Shown here: positions 45,303-55,045 of the stretch, in pieces
How positions within the stretch are numbered: position 1 is the first letter of the stretch
Layout of the letters: every line of letters begins with the position of its first letter
Assembly: GCA_001871415.1 (NCBI GenBank)
Contig: MNWW01000006.1
Coordinates: 1 to 55,134 of the forward strand
DNA from: Candidatus Woesearchaeota archaeon CG1_02_57_44
GTDB taxonomy: Archaea; Nanobdellota; Nanobdellia; Woesearchaeales; CG1-02-57-44
Length of the DNA stretch: 55,134 nucleotides
Direction of reading: 5' to 3'
Made by a program: the position numbers and the translations under genes
Notes under the pieces: model-generated
Database searches by the model: none
Told to the model about the DNA's origin: nothing
What the model saw: only the letters and a program-made list of their open reading frames with translations

Positions 45303-45908
45303 TCAGAAAATATCAGCAACCGAACCTTCCAGATATTGGGCAAGCCGTCCTAAAGCGCGATTCCTTGCACGTATCACGCTTCTATCGTTCATGCCATGAT
45401 TATGCACCATATCCACAAGCCTCGCGACTTCCTGGTTTGAATATCCATCAAGAACACTCGCCAGCACAATGGTCTGCTCTATCTCCGGCAGGTAGCCAAG
45501 CGCCTTCTGTATTGGCTCATGCACCTGCCCATCCAACCACTCGGTTTCAGCGCTACAGGAACCACACAGCAAATCCTGCAAACCTGCGGCCCCACCCTCT
45601 GATGAATCAAGCGAAACAACCTGAGCAGCATTCGCTCGTCTCCGGGCGCTCCTCTGCTCAGCCCATGCTATCTGATTGACACGCAGGGTGAGATATGTCT
45701 TGAACGTGGCATCCTTCCCAGGATCGTATTTCTCCAGAGCATCCATAAGCGCCCTATGCGCGATGTCCTCAGCGTCTGCGCATGGGTCAGCTATGTCCCA
45801 CCTGGCGGCACACGTCAAGGCGTATGGCATATACCGCATCATCAATGCATCAGCATACGGAGATTGCCAGTCTTCCCTGGCGCGTCTCACCAGTTCCGTT
45901 TCCGGCAT
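45303..45908 (-). CDS. Sigma70-family RNA polymerase sigma factor-like protein
   Basis: Region 2: DAEDIAHRALMDALEKYDPGKDATFKTYL. VVSLD linker. Region 4: LPEIEQTIV...GYSNQEVA...VIRARNRALGRL. Start at ATG 45908 or GTG 45944. Confidence 0.85.
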   Translation of the reverse strand: MPETELVRRAREDWQSPYADALMMRYMPYALTCAARWDIADPCADAEDIAHRALMDALEKYDPGKDATFKTYLTLRVNQIAWAEQRSARRRANAAQVVSLDSSEGGAAGLQDLLCGSCSAETEWLDGQVHEPIQKALGYLPEIEQTIVLASVLDGYSNQEVARLVDMVHNHGMNDRSVIRARNRALGRLAQYLEGSVADIF

Positions 45909-46051
45909 CCCTGACCGTTCATCAATGGCAAAGACCACGAACACCGGATTTTGCCGTTGATATTTATATTTGCCTGCCCGCCATCGGCCCCGTGCGCAGG
46001 GTACAATCATCTTGCCATAATTATTTATACGCTGCCACACTGGCACCGTGC

Positions 46052-47383
46052 ATGGCGCAAGACCCCGCACTCTTGAAAATCCTCACTCGTGTCAAGCCCG
46101 ATGCGCAGGAGCAGACCCAGGTAAAGCAGGCAGTAATCCAAGCCAAGACCACACTCAAGTCGCTCCTGTCCAGACTAGATGCCAAACTCGTCCCCGGAGG
46201 CAGCATCGCCAAAGGCACGTGGCTCTCCGGCAACACTGACATCGACCTGTTTGTGCAGTTCCCTGCATCGTGGCGCGGCAGGGATATCGCGCAGGCGCTC
46301 GCAGGGGCTCTGGAGCAGGAACGTCAACACGGCGGCACACATAGCGCGGACAAGACGCTCCTGCGCGTGGAGCGCGTGCATGGCAGCCGCGATTATTTCC
46401 ATGTGCAGAAAGGCCGCAGGGTCATCGAGATCGTCCCGGTCCTGGCCATCGCTTCTGCCGCGCATGCGGAGAATGTCACGGACATCTCACCTCTGCACGT
46501 CGCATGGGTCAGATCCATGCTGACGCCGCGCATGCAGGACGAGGTGCGTCTCGCGAAGCAATTGTGCAAAGCGTCACGCACCTATGGCGCAGAATCCTAC
46601 ATACAAGGATTCTCCGGTTATGTGCTGGAGATACTCATCGCGCATCATAAGAGCCTTGCCGCCCTCGCAAAAGCGGCATCCGGCTGGAGCGAACGCACCT
46701 ATATCGATGTCGATGGACACTATGCTGACGAGCGCGCCGCGCGCAGAGCGCTGAACCGTGCTCGCATGGTATCGCCGCTGCTGCTCATCGACCCTGTGCA
46801 TCCTGAGCGAAACGCTGCCGCAGCGCTCAGCAAGCGTAACTACGCGCGCTTCAAGGAGCAGTGCCAGACGTTGACCCATGCGCTGGACAGGAGCGCCACG
46901 TCATCCCGCGCGCAGACCGATATCTCGCGATTGTTCCGGGAGCAGAAGAACAGCGTCGCCACACTCCGGAAGCGGGGCGGCTATCTCATCGCCTACGAGG
47001 CGACGCCACTTGAAGGAAAAGAAGATGTCATCGGCTGCAAGCTGCTCAAGGCGCAGGAGATCATCGGCGCAGAGATGAAGAATCATGGCTTTACGGTGCA
47101 GGATGCTGGCTGGGAATGGGACGGCAAAAGCAAAGCGCTGCTCTGGCATGTGCTCGAGAAACGCAAGATTCCTCTGACTTTTGTCAGGGTCGGACCTCCG
47201 GCTGCCAAGGAACCATACGCGTCTGCGTTCAGACACAAACATCCTGATGCCCGTATCGTCGACGGGAAACTGGAAGCGGATGTCAGGCGCGAATACACAG
47301 ACGCCAGCAAGCTGGCCAAGGCGCTCCTGACAGAAGAGCGCATAAGCGCACTGGTGAAGAAGATAGCGCTCATCGCGTCCTGA
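46052..47383 (+). CDS. cca: Archaeal class I CCA-adding tRNA nucleotidyltransferase
   Basis: GGSIAKGTWL...DIDLF, HGSRDY, YGAES..GFSGY..E, IDPV.PERNAAAALS. Confidence 0.94.
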   Translation: MAQDPALLKILTRVKPDAQEQTQVKQAVIQAKTTLKSLLSRLDAKLVPGGSIAKGTWLSGNTDIDLFVQFPASWRGRDIAQALAGALEQERQHGGTHSADKTLLRVERVHGSRDYFHVQKGRRVIEIVPVLAIASAAHAENVTDISPLHVAWVRSMLTPRMQDEVRLAKQLCKASRTYGAESYIQGFSGYVLEILIAHHKSLAALAKAASGWSERTYIDVDGHYADERAARRALNRARMVSPLLLIDPVHPERNAAAALSKRNYARFKEQCQTLTHALDRSATSSRAQTDISRLFREQKNSVATLRKRGGYLIAYEATPLEGKEDVIGCKLLKAQEIIGAEMKNHGFTVQDAGWEWDGKSKALLWHVLEKRKIPLTFVRVGPPAAKEPYASAFRHKHPDARIVDGKLEADVRREYTDASKLAKALLTEERISALVKKIALIAS

Positions 47384-47437
47384 TGGACGCGCGAGACCGT
47401 CAGGACGAGCAGGAGACATAGGAGATGATCCATCACC

Positions 47438-48250
47438 ATGCAGACCAACAACAAGACCAGCGATGATGCTCAGCGCCTGAGCCCTTCTGCGTATCTCGCC
47501 AAGGCGCTGCCCATCGTGCAGAAAGCGAACGCCATCTCTTTGCGGTACTTTCGCAAGGGATTCACGCAGGAAGAGAAAGGACCGGGCGACGTGGTCACGC
47601 AGGCAGACAAGGAGATAGAACGATTCCTGATAGAACAGCTGGGAGTACTGTTTCCTGGGACAGGATTCCTGGGAGAGGAATACGGCGCACAAGGCAGCCA
47701 GGACCTGGTCTGGGTCATGGACCCCATCGATGGCACAGCGAATTTCTCGCGCGGGCTGGAGTTCTACTGCACGTCGGTAGCGCTCGTAGAGAAGGGCGTC
47801 CCTATCGTTGGCATGGTCATCAATCCTGTCACGGGCGAATGCTTCAGCGCCGCAAAGGGGTGCGGTGCGAATCTCAATGATATGCCCATCAGGGTCAGCG
47901 ACGCGACCTTGCGAAAGTCGATGGTCGTGGATGGCCTTGGACTTTCGCTCCCACAACAGCGCGAGCGGCTCGCTCGCATAGGCAGGATAGCAGCCGAGAC
48001 CTGGCAGGTGCGCATCCTCGGGGCAATCGCATTGGAGATGGCCTATATCGCGGCAGGAAGACTGGATATCAGGGCGTGCTCGAACCAGAAGCCCTGGGAT
48101 GTCGCGGCCGGCGCCGTGCTGGTGCAGGAAGCTGGCGGCAAGGCGACCGACTTCGCGGGGAGCGACTGGCGCATGGGCGCAGAGGGCATCGTGGCGAGCA
48201 ATGGGACCGCGCATGACACGCTGCTCGGGCTCATACATAGAAAGGAATGA
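47438..48250 (+). CDS. Inositol monophosphatase family protein (SuhB-like)
   Basis: VTQAD, GEE, WVMDPIDGTANF, PWDVAAG..LVQEAGG. Confidence 0.93.
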   Translation: MQTNNKTSDDAQRLSPSAYLAKALPIVQKANAISLRYFRKGFTQEEKGPGDVVTQADKEIERFLIEQLGVLFPGTGFLGEEYGAQGSQDLVWVMDPIDGTANFSRGLEFYCTSVALVEKGVPIVGMVINPVTGECFSAAKGCGANLNDMPIRVSDATLRKSMVVDGLGLSLPQQRERLARIGRIAAETWQVRILGAIALEMAYIAAGRLDIRACSNQKPWDVAAGAVLVQEAGGKATDFAGSDWRMGAEGIVASNGTAHDTLLGLIHRKE

Positions 48251-48371
48251 ACCGCAGAGCGATCCAGGAAAGGTTGCTGAAAAGCTATAAGTAAACCTGA
48301 CAGACAGTCAACACCACACAGTAGTCATAAAATAGGAAAATTTAAATATAGTCTTTTTTTTTCGGGGCTCT

Positions 48372-49388
48372 ATGCCCGATTTGTTCCAATCTGTACCCCT
48401 TGTGGATTACAGTCGCATAGCATATACCGCCGACTTGCAGGACATCAGTTGGGTACCCACGGAAGGCGGCGATCTGGGAGCAGTGAGCGATTACTACAGG
48501 ACGTGCGCCACGGAACACAGAGAACCTGTCCTGTCCACAGCGAAAGCGCTTGCAGGCAATGACCTGACCCATCTGAGACAGACCACCCTGGCCAATGGCC
48601 TGGTTTTCCATACTGCCCATCGCGGCGATGGCCAACCCTGCTATAATGTCTGGGAATATCGAGGGATCCAGAGATCAAGTGGAAATCGCTGGCACAATGC
48701 TGATACCCCGGTCACTTATATCGATACACCGGATGAAAAACCAATAGTCATAACACCAACATGCATAACCGGAGTTGCGCTCCCGAACGGATTCATGTTG
48801 ACTGATGTAAGTGTAAGTAATGGATGCAACTTCGCCACGTGGGCCATAAGAAAATTTTCCGACGACGACTCTTCAACCATTGTCGGCTATCGTCTGAGCG
48901 CAAGCCCAAATGGAGAAAATGGTCTCACCTTCAGCTATCGCGTCAATACGACACACCCCGACGGCCCCTGCAAGTACACCCAGGTCGAGCTGACCGATAT
49001 GGACCCTACGTTGGTCTGCCGTGTGACCGAGGGCTATGATTCAAGCCTTCCCGCTTCACGCGCGTTCCTGCCCGACTCCAAAGAAGAAGCAGTCTTGACG
49101 TTCCTCGCCAACGGTGTCTTCGGAAGTGTGCATGGCGTAAGCCAAACAAACGCACGTAATCCTGACTGGACTGACGATACGCTCCAACGCCTGCTGAGGA
49201 GAGGCAGCAATGAGCAGTTCTCTTACACAGCAGATACCGCCGACGGAGCATTCCTGGCGAACGAAGTGTTCGGCATAGACGCGAGCAAGCATCCCCGGCT
49301 TAATGCCCAGGCCACCCTGACCACCCTCATGGACCTTGCCATCAGAGGAGAGCGCATGGACCTGAACAGGGACCTACAATTCCTGTAG
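48372..49388 (+). CDS. Hypothetical protein
   Basis: 338-aa ORF with an upstream TTTAAATA TATA; no recognisable motif. Confidence 0.65.
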   Translation: MPDLFQSVPLVDYSRIAYTADLQDISWVPTEGGDLGAVSDYYRTCATEHREPVLSTAKALAGNDLTHLRQTTLANGLVFHTAHRGDGQPCYNVWEYRGIQRSSGNRWHNADTPVTYIDTPDEKPIVITPTCITGVALPNGFMLTDVSVSNGCNFATWAIRKFSDDDSSTIVGYRLSASPNGENGLTFSYRVNTTHPDGPCKYTQVELTDMDPTLVCRVTEGYDSSLPASRAFLPDSKEEAVLTFLANGVFGSVHGVSQTNARNPDWTDDTLQRLLRRGSNEQFSYTADTADGAFLANEVFGIDASKHPRLNAQATLTTLMDLAIRGERMDLNRDLQFL

Positions 49389-49458
49389 GATAAACAGCCT
49401 TGTTCGTTCTTGTTGACCACAACGCGATAAATATACCTAATGCTACTTAGTGCACCCA

Positions 49459-49621
49459 GGCTCTGTCCTAAGAGTCCAGCCAGCAGCAATTGCGAAGGCT
49501 GATGTGTTGGATTTTGCGCATTGACAGGGGGATGCCCCCTCCGGGGATGTCAATCCGTCACTGGTGAGAACACCGCCGAAGCCCGCTGCTGGCATAGTCA
49601 AACGAGATTCAGGACAGAGCC
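49459..49621. mobile_element. 163-bp non-autonomous MITE, copy 2 (inverted relative to copy 1)
   Basis: Same TIRs. Flanked by a different 9-bp direct repeat, GTGCACCCA (49450-49458, 49622-49630). Confidence 0.92.
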
Positions 49622-49680
49622 GTGCACCCAGGAGACACCCAGTGGTTAGTTTTATATAGCCCTGCAGGTTGATGTCCTCT

Positions 49681-51099
49681 ATGCGCAACAAGCAGACCAA
49701 GGTCGTGGCGACTGTCTCAGACCAGCGCTGCGGCCCGGATTTCATCAAGCAGCTCCACGACAATGGCATGGATGTCGTGCGCCTGAACACCGCGCACCAG
49801 ACTCCTGAGACGTGTCTGCAAGTCATCAAGAACATCCGGGAAGCGTCTGACAAGATAGCCATCCTCATCGACACCAAAGGACCTGAAGTCAGGACGACCG
49901 CGGTCAATGCGCCCATTGAACTGAAACGGGGCCAGGACATCATCATCAGGGCATCAGAGAGCACGACCACGGCAGATGCCATCCATGTGAATTATTCCGG
50001 ATTCGTCAAGGACGTGCCTGACAGCAGCAGCATCCTCATGGACGATGGTGACCTGGAGCTAAAGGTCATCAGGAAGGCCAATGATGCCCTGCACTGCCGC
50101 GTCATGAACAAGGGCACACTCAAATCCCATAAGAGCGTCAATGTCCCTGGCATCCATCTTGATCTGCCATCGCTAACCAGACGCGACAAGGAGTTTTTGC
50201 AGCTTGCCATGGAGCAGGACATCGACTTCATCGCGCACAGCTTCGTGCGCAACGCCGACGACGTCAAGGCTATACAACAGTTCTGCAAGAAGAAACCCAT
50301 CAGGATCATCGCCAAGATAGAGAACACGCAAGGTGTGGAGAACCTTGATGAGATACTGGATTATTCCTATGGCGTCATGGTCGCACGAGGCGATCTTGGC
50401 GTCGAGATCCCCGCGGAGGAAGTGCCGCTCATCCAGAAGACCATCATCCGGCGCTGCATCCAGCGCGCGAAGCCGGTCATCACGGCGACGCAGATGCTGC
50501 AGAGCATGATAGAGAACCCACGGCCTACGCGCGCCGAGGTATCGGATGTCGCCAATGCCATCCTCGACGGAACAGACGCGCTCATGCTCAGCGCGGAGAC
50601 CGCGGCAGGCAAGTACCCTGTGGCAGCGGTGAGAATCATGGCGAAGGTCGCCAAACGCATCGAGTGCAGCAGGAACCTGGAGCACTTTGACCCCATCCAT
50701 GCGGAGTACAACCCGGTCAGCGAGTATATCGCCATGGCCGCGGTCGAGGCAGCGCAGGACCTGCTCGCGCAGGCAATCATCATCCCCACGCAGTCAGGCC
50801 TGTCAGCCAGAATGGTCTCTGCGTACCGAGGCAGGATACCTGTCTATGCGCAGTGCATGGACGAAGCTGTCATGCGCTCGCTCGCGCTCAGCCATGGCAT
50901 ACGTCCCAGCAAAATCCCGCCCGCCAGCACGACCGAAGAGATGGTGCGCAGCGCGCTCGCGCGGCTGGTCGAGGAAGGAAACCTGAAAGCGCATGACCGC
51001 GTCGTGGTCATGGCTGGGACGCCCGGCAAACCAGAAGGCAGCAACTTCATCGAGATAGATACGGTTAAGCATATCCTGGAAGACTATCGTAAGAAATAG
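49681..51099 (+). CDS. pyk: Pyruvate kinase
   Basis: TKVVAT, RLNTAH, DTKGPEVRT, AKIEN, MVARGDLGVE, TATQML, PTRAEVSDVANA; TATA TTTATATA at 49651-49658. Confidence 0.97.
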   Translation: MRNKQTKVVATVSDQRCGPDFIKQLHDNGMDVVRLNTAHQTPETCLQVIKNIREASDKIAILIDTKGPEVRTTAVNAPIELKRGQDIIIRASESTTTADAIHVNYSGFVKDVPDSSSILMDDGDLELKVIRKANDALHCRVMNKGTLKSHKSVNVPGIHLDLPSLTRRDKEFLQLAMEQDIDFIAHSFVRNADDVKAIQQFCKKKPIRIIAKIENTQGVENLDEILDYSYGVMVARGDLGVEIPAEEVPLIQKTIIRRCIQRAKPVITATQMLQSMIENPRPTRAEVSDVANAILDGTDALMLSAETAAGKYPVAAVRIMAKVAKRIECSRNLEHFDPIHAEYNPVSEYIAMAAVEAAQDLLAQAIIIPTQSGLSARMVSAYRGRIPVYAQCMDEAVMRSLALSHGIRPSKIPPASTTEEMVRSALARLVEEGNLKAHDRVVVMAGTPGKPEGSNFIEIDTVKHILEDYRKK

Positions 51100-51270
51100 G
51101 GATGCATTTGCCTGCATAGAGAAAAGCATTTATAGTCCTGCCGCGCCCTTTGCTGCCATGAGCGGAACATCGCATCCTATCGAGGTTTGTTTCTCCAGTC
51201 TCCGCCCTCTGTCGTCTTGTTAGGGGAGCAGTCGTCTCCGCAACGCTCCCCCAGCGCATAGGTGATGCCC

Positions 51271-52806
51271 ATGAAAGCACTAGTAGCAGAACCCATACAC
51301 AACGCCGCCATCCAGGCCCTCAAAGGACTTGGACTCTCAGTAGAAGTATCGCTGGGCCTGAGCCGCGACGCCCTTTGTTCTGCCCTGGGATCTGGTGCTA
51401 TCGACGTGCTCATCATCCGCACCAAGGTACAGGCGGACAGGGAATTGCTCAACTGCTGGAAGGGCACGCAACGGCTGCTCTGCCGCGCGGGCATCGGCGT
51501 CGATAACATCAACCTTGATGCGGCGACCGCGCTTGGCATCGCGGTCATCAACACGGCTGAGGCGAGCACCCAGAGCGTCGCGGAGCTGGCAATCGGGCTC
51601 ATGATCGCTGCTGCGCGCAATGTGGCCTCGCAGGACAGAGCCATCAGGATCGGGGCCTGGAAGCGTCAGGAAGGTATGGAGCTCTCGGGCAAGACGCTGG
51701 GCATCATCGGGCTTGGCAGGATAGGCTCGCGGGTGGCGATGCTCGGCAAGGCGCTGGGGATGCATGTTGTCGCGCACGACCCGTACATCAGGGATGATCG
51801 CTTCGCGGAATTCGGTGCAGAGAAATCGACGCTCGAGGACACATTGGGACGGGCCGATGTCGTATCGTTGCACACGCCGCTCACGCCAGAGACCGAACGC
51901 ATGATGAACAAGGCACGGCTGGGCATAATGAAGCAAGGCAGCATCCTGATCAACACGGCGCGCGGGCCCATGGTGGATGACGAAGCGCTCTGCGACGCGC
52001 TGGACTCGGGGCATCTCGCGGGAGCCGCGCTCGATGTGTTCCCCGAAGAGCCGTACAAAGGTCGGCTGCTCAGTAATGAGAGCGTCATCATGACGCCTCA
52101 TATCGGCGGCAGCACATCAGAGTCGCTCGAGCGCATCGGGATGCGCCTTGTCGAGCAGATAGCAGAATTCCTGCGCGCCGGACACACCAGCGCGCTGAAC
52201 GCACCCCTTGTGCCCACAGGTGCCGAAGACCTGGTGGTGCTCGCGCGCGCGCTTGGTAGACTGTGTGCGCAGCTTGATGGGCCTTTGCATCGCATCACCG
52301 TGCAGGCATCGGCGCATGGCAGGGTGCTGACGCACGCCGCAGTGCAGGGCGCACTTTCCGTGCATCAGGAAGGAATCAACCTGGTCAACGCATTGGCCCA
52401 GGCGCAGCAGCGCGGTATCAGCGTGCTGACCGGGCAGACAGAACCTGCTGACAAGCAACAACCGGGCGAGCTGCAGGTGATGGTCAATGAGACCCTAGCG
52501 GCCGGCAGCGTACAAGGAGGCATGCGGATAACCCGCATCGGCGAGCATACGCGCCTGGACTTCGCGCCGCAGGGCAGCATCCTGCTCCTCTGGTATGACG
52601 ATGTCCCTGGCGTCATCGGCGCGGTCGGAACGCACCTTGGCAAGGCGGACATCAACATCAAGCGCATGGTGGTCTCGGATGTCGCTGACGGCAACGCGCT
52701 GATGGCGCTCGCGGTCGGAGACGCGCTGGACGCTGAGGTGATGGAGGGCTTGCGGGAGCGGCTCAAGGAATTCGGACTCTCGCGACTGGCACAGGTGCGG
52801 CTGTGA
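51271..52806 (+). CDS. serA: D-3-phosphoglycerate dehydrogenase (long form with ACT domain)
   Basis: RAGIGVDN, GLGRIG, NTARG, TPHIGGST, C-terminal DVPGVIG ACT domain; AGGTGA SD. Confidence 0.93.
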   Translation: MKALVAEPIHNAAIQALKGLGLSVEVSLGLSRDALCSALGSGAIDVLIIRTKVQADRELLNCWKGTQRLLCRAGIGVDNINLDAATALGIAVINTAEASTQSVAELAIGLMIAAARNVASQDRAIRIGAWKRQEGMELSGKTLGIIGLGRIGSRVAMLGKALGMHVVAHDPYIRDDRFAEFGAEKSTLEDTLGRADVVSLHTPLTPETERMMNKARLGIMKQGSILINTARGPMVDDEALCDALDSGHLAGAALDVFPEEPYKGRLLSNESVIMTPHIGGSTSESLERIGMRLVEQIAEFLRAGHTSALNAPLVPTGAEDLVVLARALGRLCAQLDGPLHRITVQASAHGRVLTHAAVQGALSVHQEGINLVNALAQAQQRGISVLTGQTEPADKQQPGELQVMVNETLAAGSVQGGMRITRIGEHTRLDFAPQGSILLLWYDDVPGVIGAVGTHLGKADINIKRMVVSDVADGNALMALAVGDALDAEVMEGLRERLKEFGLSRLAQVRL

Positions 52807-52862
52807 CCCGAAAGCCTCCTGCTGCATAAACCATTTATACTGCAGGCAACAGACCCGCGGGC

Positions 52863-53546
52863 ATGAACCCCAAACACACCGCCCCTGCCAAGGCTCCTGC
52901 GCCCCCGCTTCCCGCGTTCCACCCAACAGAGCACTCCTATGTCGAGGCGCTCCTGGAACGCTATCAGGCACTGTACCACTATGCTGACGGCCGGATAGAT
53001 TATTCGCTCTCCGAGAGCGCCCCTGTCGTCACGGTATATGTCAAGTACCATCATCGGCTGCTGACGCTGCTTCGCTCTGACAAAGTAAGCACTTACCAGG
53101 GCAAGTGGAATACGGTCGCGGGCTACATCGACGAAGTCAAGTCAGTGCGCGACTTCGCGCTGCAGGAGCTCTGGGAAGAGACAGGAATCACGGAGCAGCA
53201 GATCCTCGGCATGGGATTCGGTGAGCCCTTCAGTTTCACGGACGATGAAATCAGCAAGACCTGGATTACGCATCCGGTGCTCGTGGAGCTCAAGAGCATG
53301 CCGGTGGTATTGCTGGATTTCGAGCATACGCAACAGCGCTGGGCAAAACCGGAGGAGCTTGCTGCACTTGACGCGGTCCCGAATTTTTCTGTCGGCTTCG
53401 AGAAGCTGATGGTGAGCATCGCGGCCCAGCACGCGAAGGTGATGAACAAGAAACATACTGTCACGGTCCGCGGCGACGCATCACGCGCCCCTGAGCAGAA
53501 AGCAAAGAAACAGAAAAGAAAGAAACAGGCCAACGCCGCTCAGTAG
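52863..53546 (+). CDS. NUDIX hydrolase
   Basis: AGYIDE...ALQELWEETGI Nudix box; LDFEH. Confidence 0.88.
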   Translation: MNPKHTAPAKAPAPPLPAFHPTEHSYVEALLERYQALYHYADGRIDYSLSESAPVVTVYVKYHHRLLTLLRSDKVSTYQGKWNTVAGYIDEVKSVRDFALQELWEETGITEQQILGMGFGEPFSFTDDEISKTWITHPVLVELKSMPVVLLDFEHTQQRWAKPEELAALDAVPNFSVGFEKLMVSIAAQHAKVMNKKHTVTVRGDASRAPEQKAKKQKRKKQANAAQ

Positions 53547-54191
53547 TTCATCCTCGCGAAGACCCCGGGCTGATAGGAGGCCTTTCCTCTCGCGTCGAAC
53601 CTCACGTCGCAGCTGGGCCCTATCATGCAGTCTTTGCTCAGTTGCAGACCGATTCGAGGACGCAGCTCGGCGAAGTGGAACGTACCGTCGACGCTCACGT
53701 TGGCCAGTACCTCCAGTTCAGCGTGCACATCGCCAAAAACGCCGCGACGCATTGCCCAAGAATTCAAGGTCAGGCCCCCTGCCTTCACGCATGTCGTAGC
53801 TGATCGAGAGGAAGCCACCACCGCCTTCCCAACGGCCTGTCGGCTGGATGCCCAGGCGCGGCACGGTCTCGCCTGTCCCGAGGAACTTGAGGCCCACATA
53901 AGGACGCAGCGGGCTATCGGTAAAATAGCCATGCAGCAGCGTCAGGCCCGCGTCGGTCTGTCCATCGTAGCCGACGCTGCGACGATGCCTCACGAAGAAC
54001 GCGCTCTGATCGTCAAGGGGCTGGTAGTGCTTGATGTCAATCACCGCGCTGGCCTCGCGCGCGTCGACTTCGACGGAACTCGCCTCTGCAGGCACTACAG
54101 CGAGCAGCGCTGCGAGCCCCGAGATGAGCAGCTTGCCCTTCACGCTTCCTGTGGCGGTCCGTATCGGCCTTGCTTGCCCATCATCATTCAT
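53540..54191 (-). pseudogene. Frameshifted secreted beta-strand-rich (outer-membrane beta-barrel-like) protein
   Basis: ORFs 53718-54191 and 53540-53932 join into one 216-aa protein if one base is removed from the A5 run at 53735-53739. It has a signal peptide, amphipathic strands and a terminal aromatic residue. Confidence 0.6.
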
Positions 54192-54295
54192 TGTGTCATC
54201 ACCTGCAAAGAGTAACTACTAAGTAGTATATATTTATCATCACCCCCCTAAGGGGTTGAAAAATCAGAAGGCATAAATAGCTGGACAGCCATCGC

Positions 54296-55045
54296 ATGCC
54301 CATGGACGCATCGTCGCTCGAAGGAATCGGCCTCTCGCGCAACGAGGCCAAGGCATACCTGGGCCTGCTAGGTCTTGGCGAAACCACGGTCACGCCGCTC
54401 GTGCGAGAGGCGGGCGTTCCCAACAGCAAGGTCTATGTCATCCTGGAAAAGCTCATCGCCAAGGGGCTCGCCTCATCGGTGCAGAAGCGCGGCGTGCGCC
54501 ACTATCAGGCCGCGGCACCCGAAGCGATCCTCGAGTTCCTGCAGAAGCGAAAGCAGGAGGTCGCTGAACAGGAGAGCGCCATGCAATCGCTGCTGCCGCA
54601 GCTGCAGGCGCAACAGCACGTCGGCAGGCAATACGCGCGCGTCTATGAGGGCACGCGCGGCGTGAAGGCGGCGTTCAGGCATATGCTGTTCACCATCGGC
54701 CAAGGCGGCAGCTACAAGGTACTCACGCTCGAGCGCGAGCTGGAGAGCGAGCAGGCAATCCAGCTCTTCAAGTGGCTGCATACCGAGCGCAACAAGCAGA
54801 AGACCTGGGCAAACCTCATCGTGCCAGAGAGCATCAGGACACTCTTCAAGCAACACTATAACTACCCGCGCATGCGTGTGCGCCATTCAACAGTGCGGCT
54901 TCCCACAGGCATCTTCATCTTTGGCGAGTCCGTACTGAGCGTGAGCTTCGAGCCGCAGTCCATCGCGTTCCTCATCAACTCAAAAAACCACACCAAGAAC
55001 TACCATCGCTTCTTCGACGACATGTGGAAGCAGGGGAAGACGTAG
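54296..55045 (+). CDS. TrmB family transcriptional regulator
   Basis: GLSRNEAKAYLGLL...KVYVILEKLIAKGL HTH; VYEGTRGVK; FFDDMW. Confidence 0.92.
   Translation: MPMDASSLEGIGLSRNEAKAYLGLLGLGETTVTPLVREAGVPNSKVYVILEKLIAKGLASSVQKRGVRHYQAAAPEAILEFLQKRKQEVAEQESAMQSLLPQLQAQQHVGRQYARVYEGTRGVKAAFRHMLFTIGQGGSYKVLTLERELESEQAIQLFKWLHTERNKQKTWANLIVPESIRTLFKQHYNYPRMRVRHSTVRLPTGIFIFGESVLSVSFEPQSIAFLINSKNHTKNYHRFFDDMWKQGKT

Noticed and set aside
46901..48238. Long antisense ORFs (e.g. 445 aa here; 9099-10067, 9962-10906, 27104-28138)
   Set aside because: They are shadow frames opposite well-supported genes in GC-rich DNA, with no motifs.
53625..54215. 196-aa plus-strand ORF
   Set aside because: It is antisense to the signal-peptide-bearing beta-strand gene and has no recognisable features.
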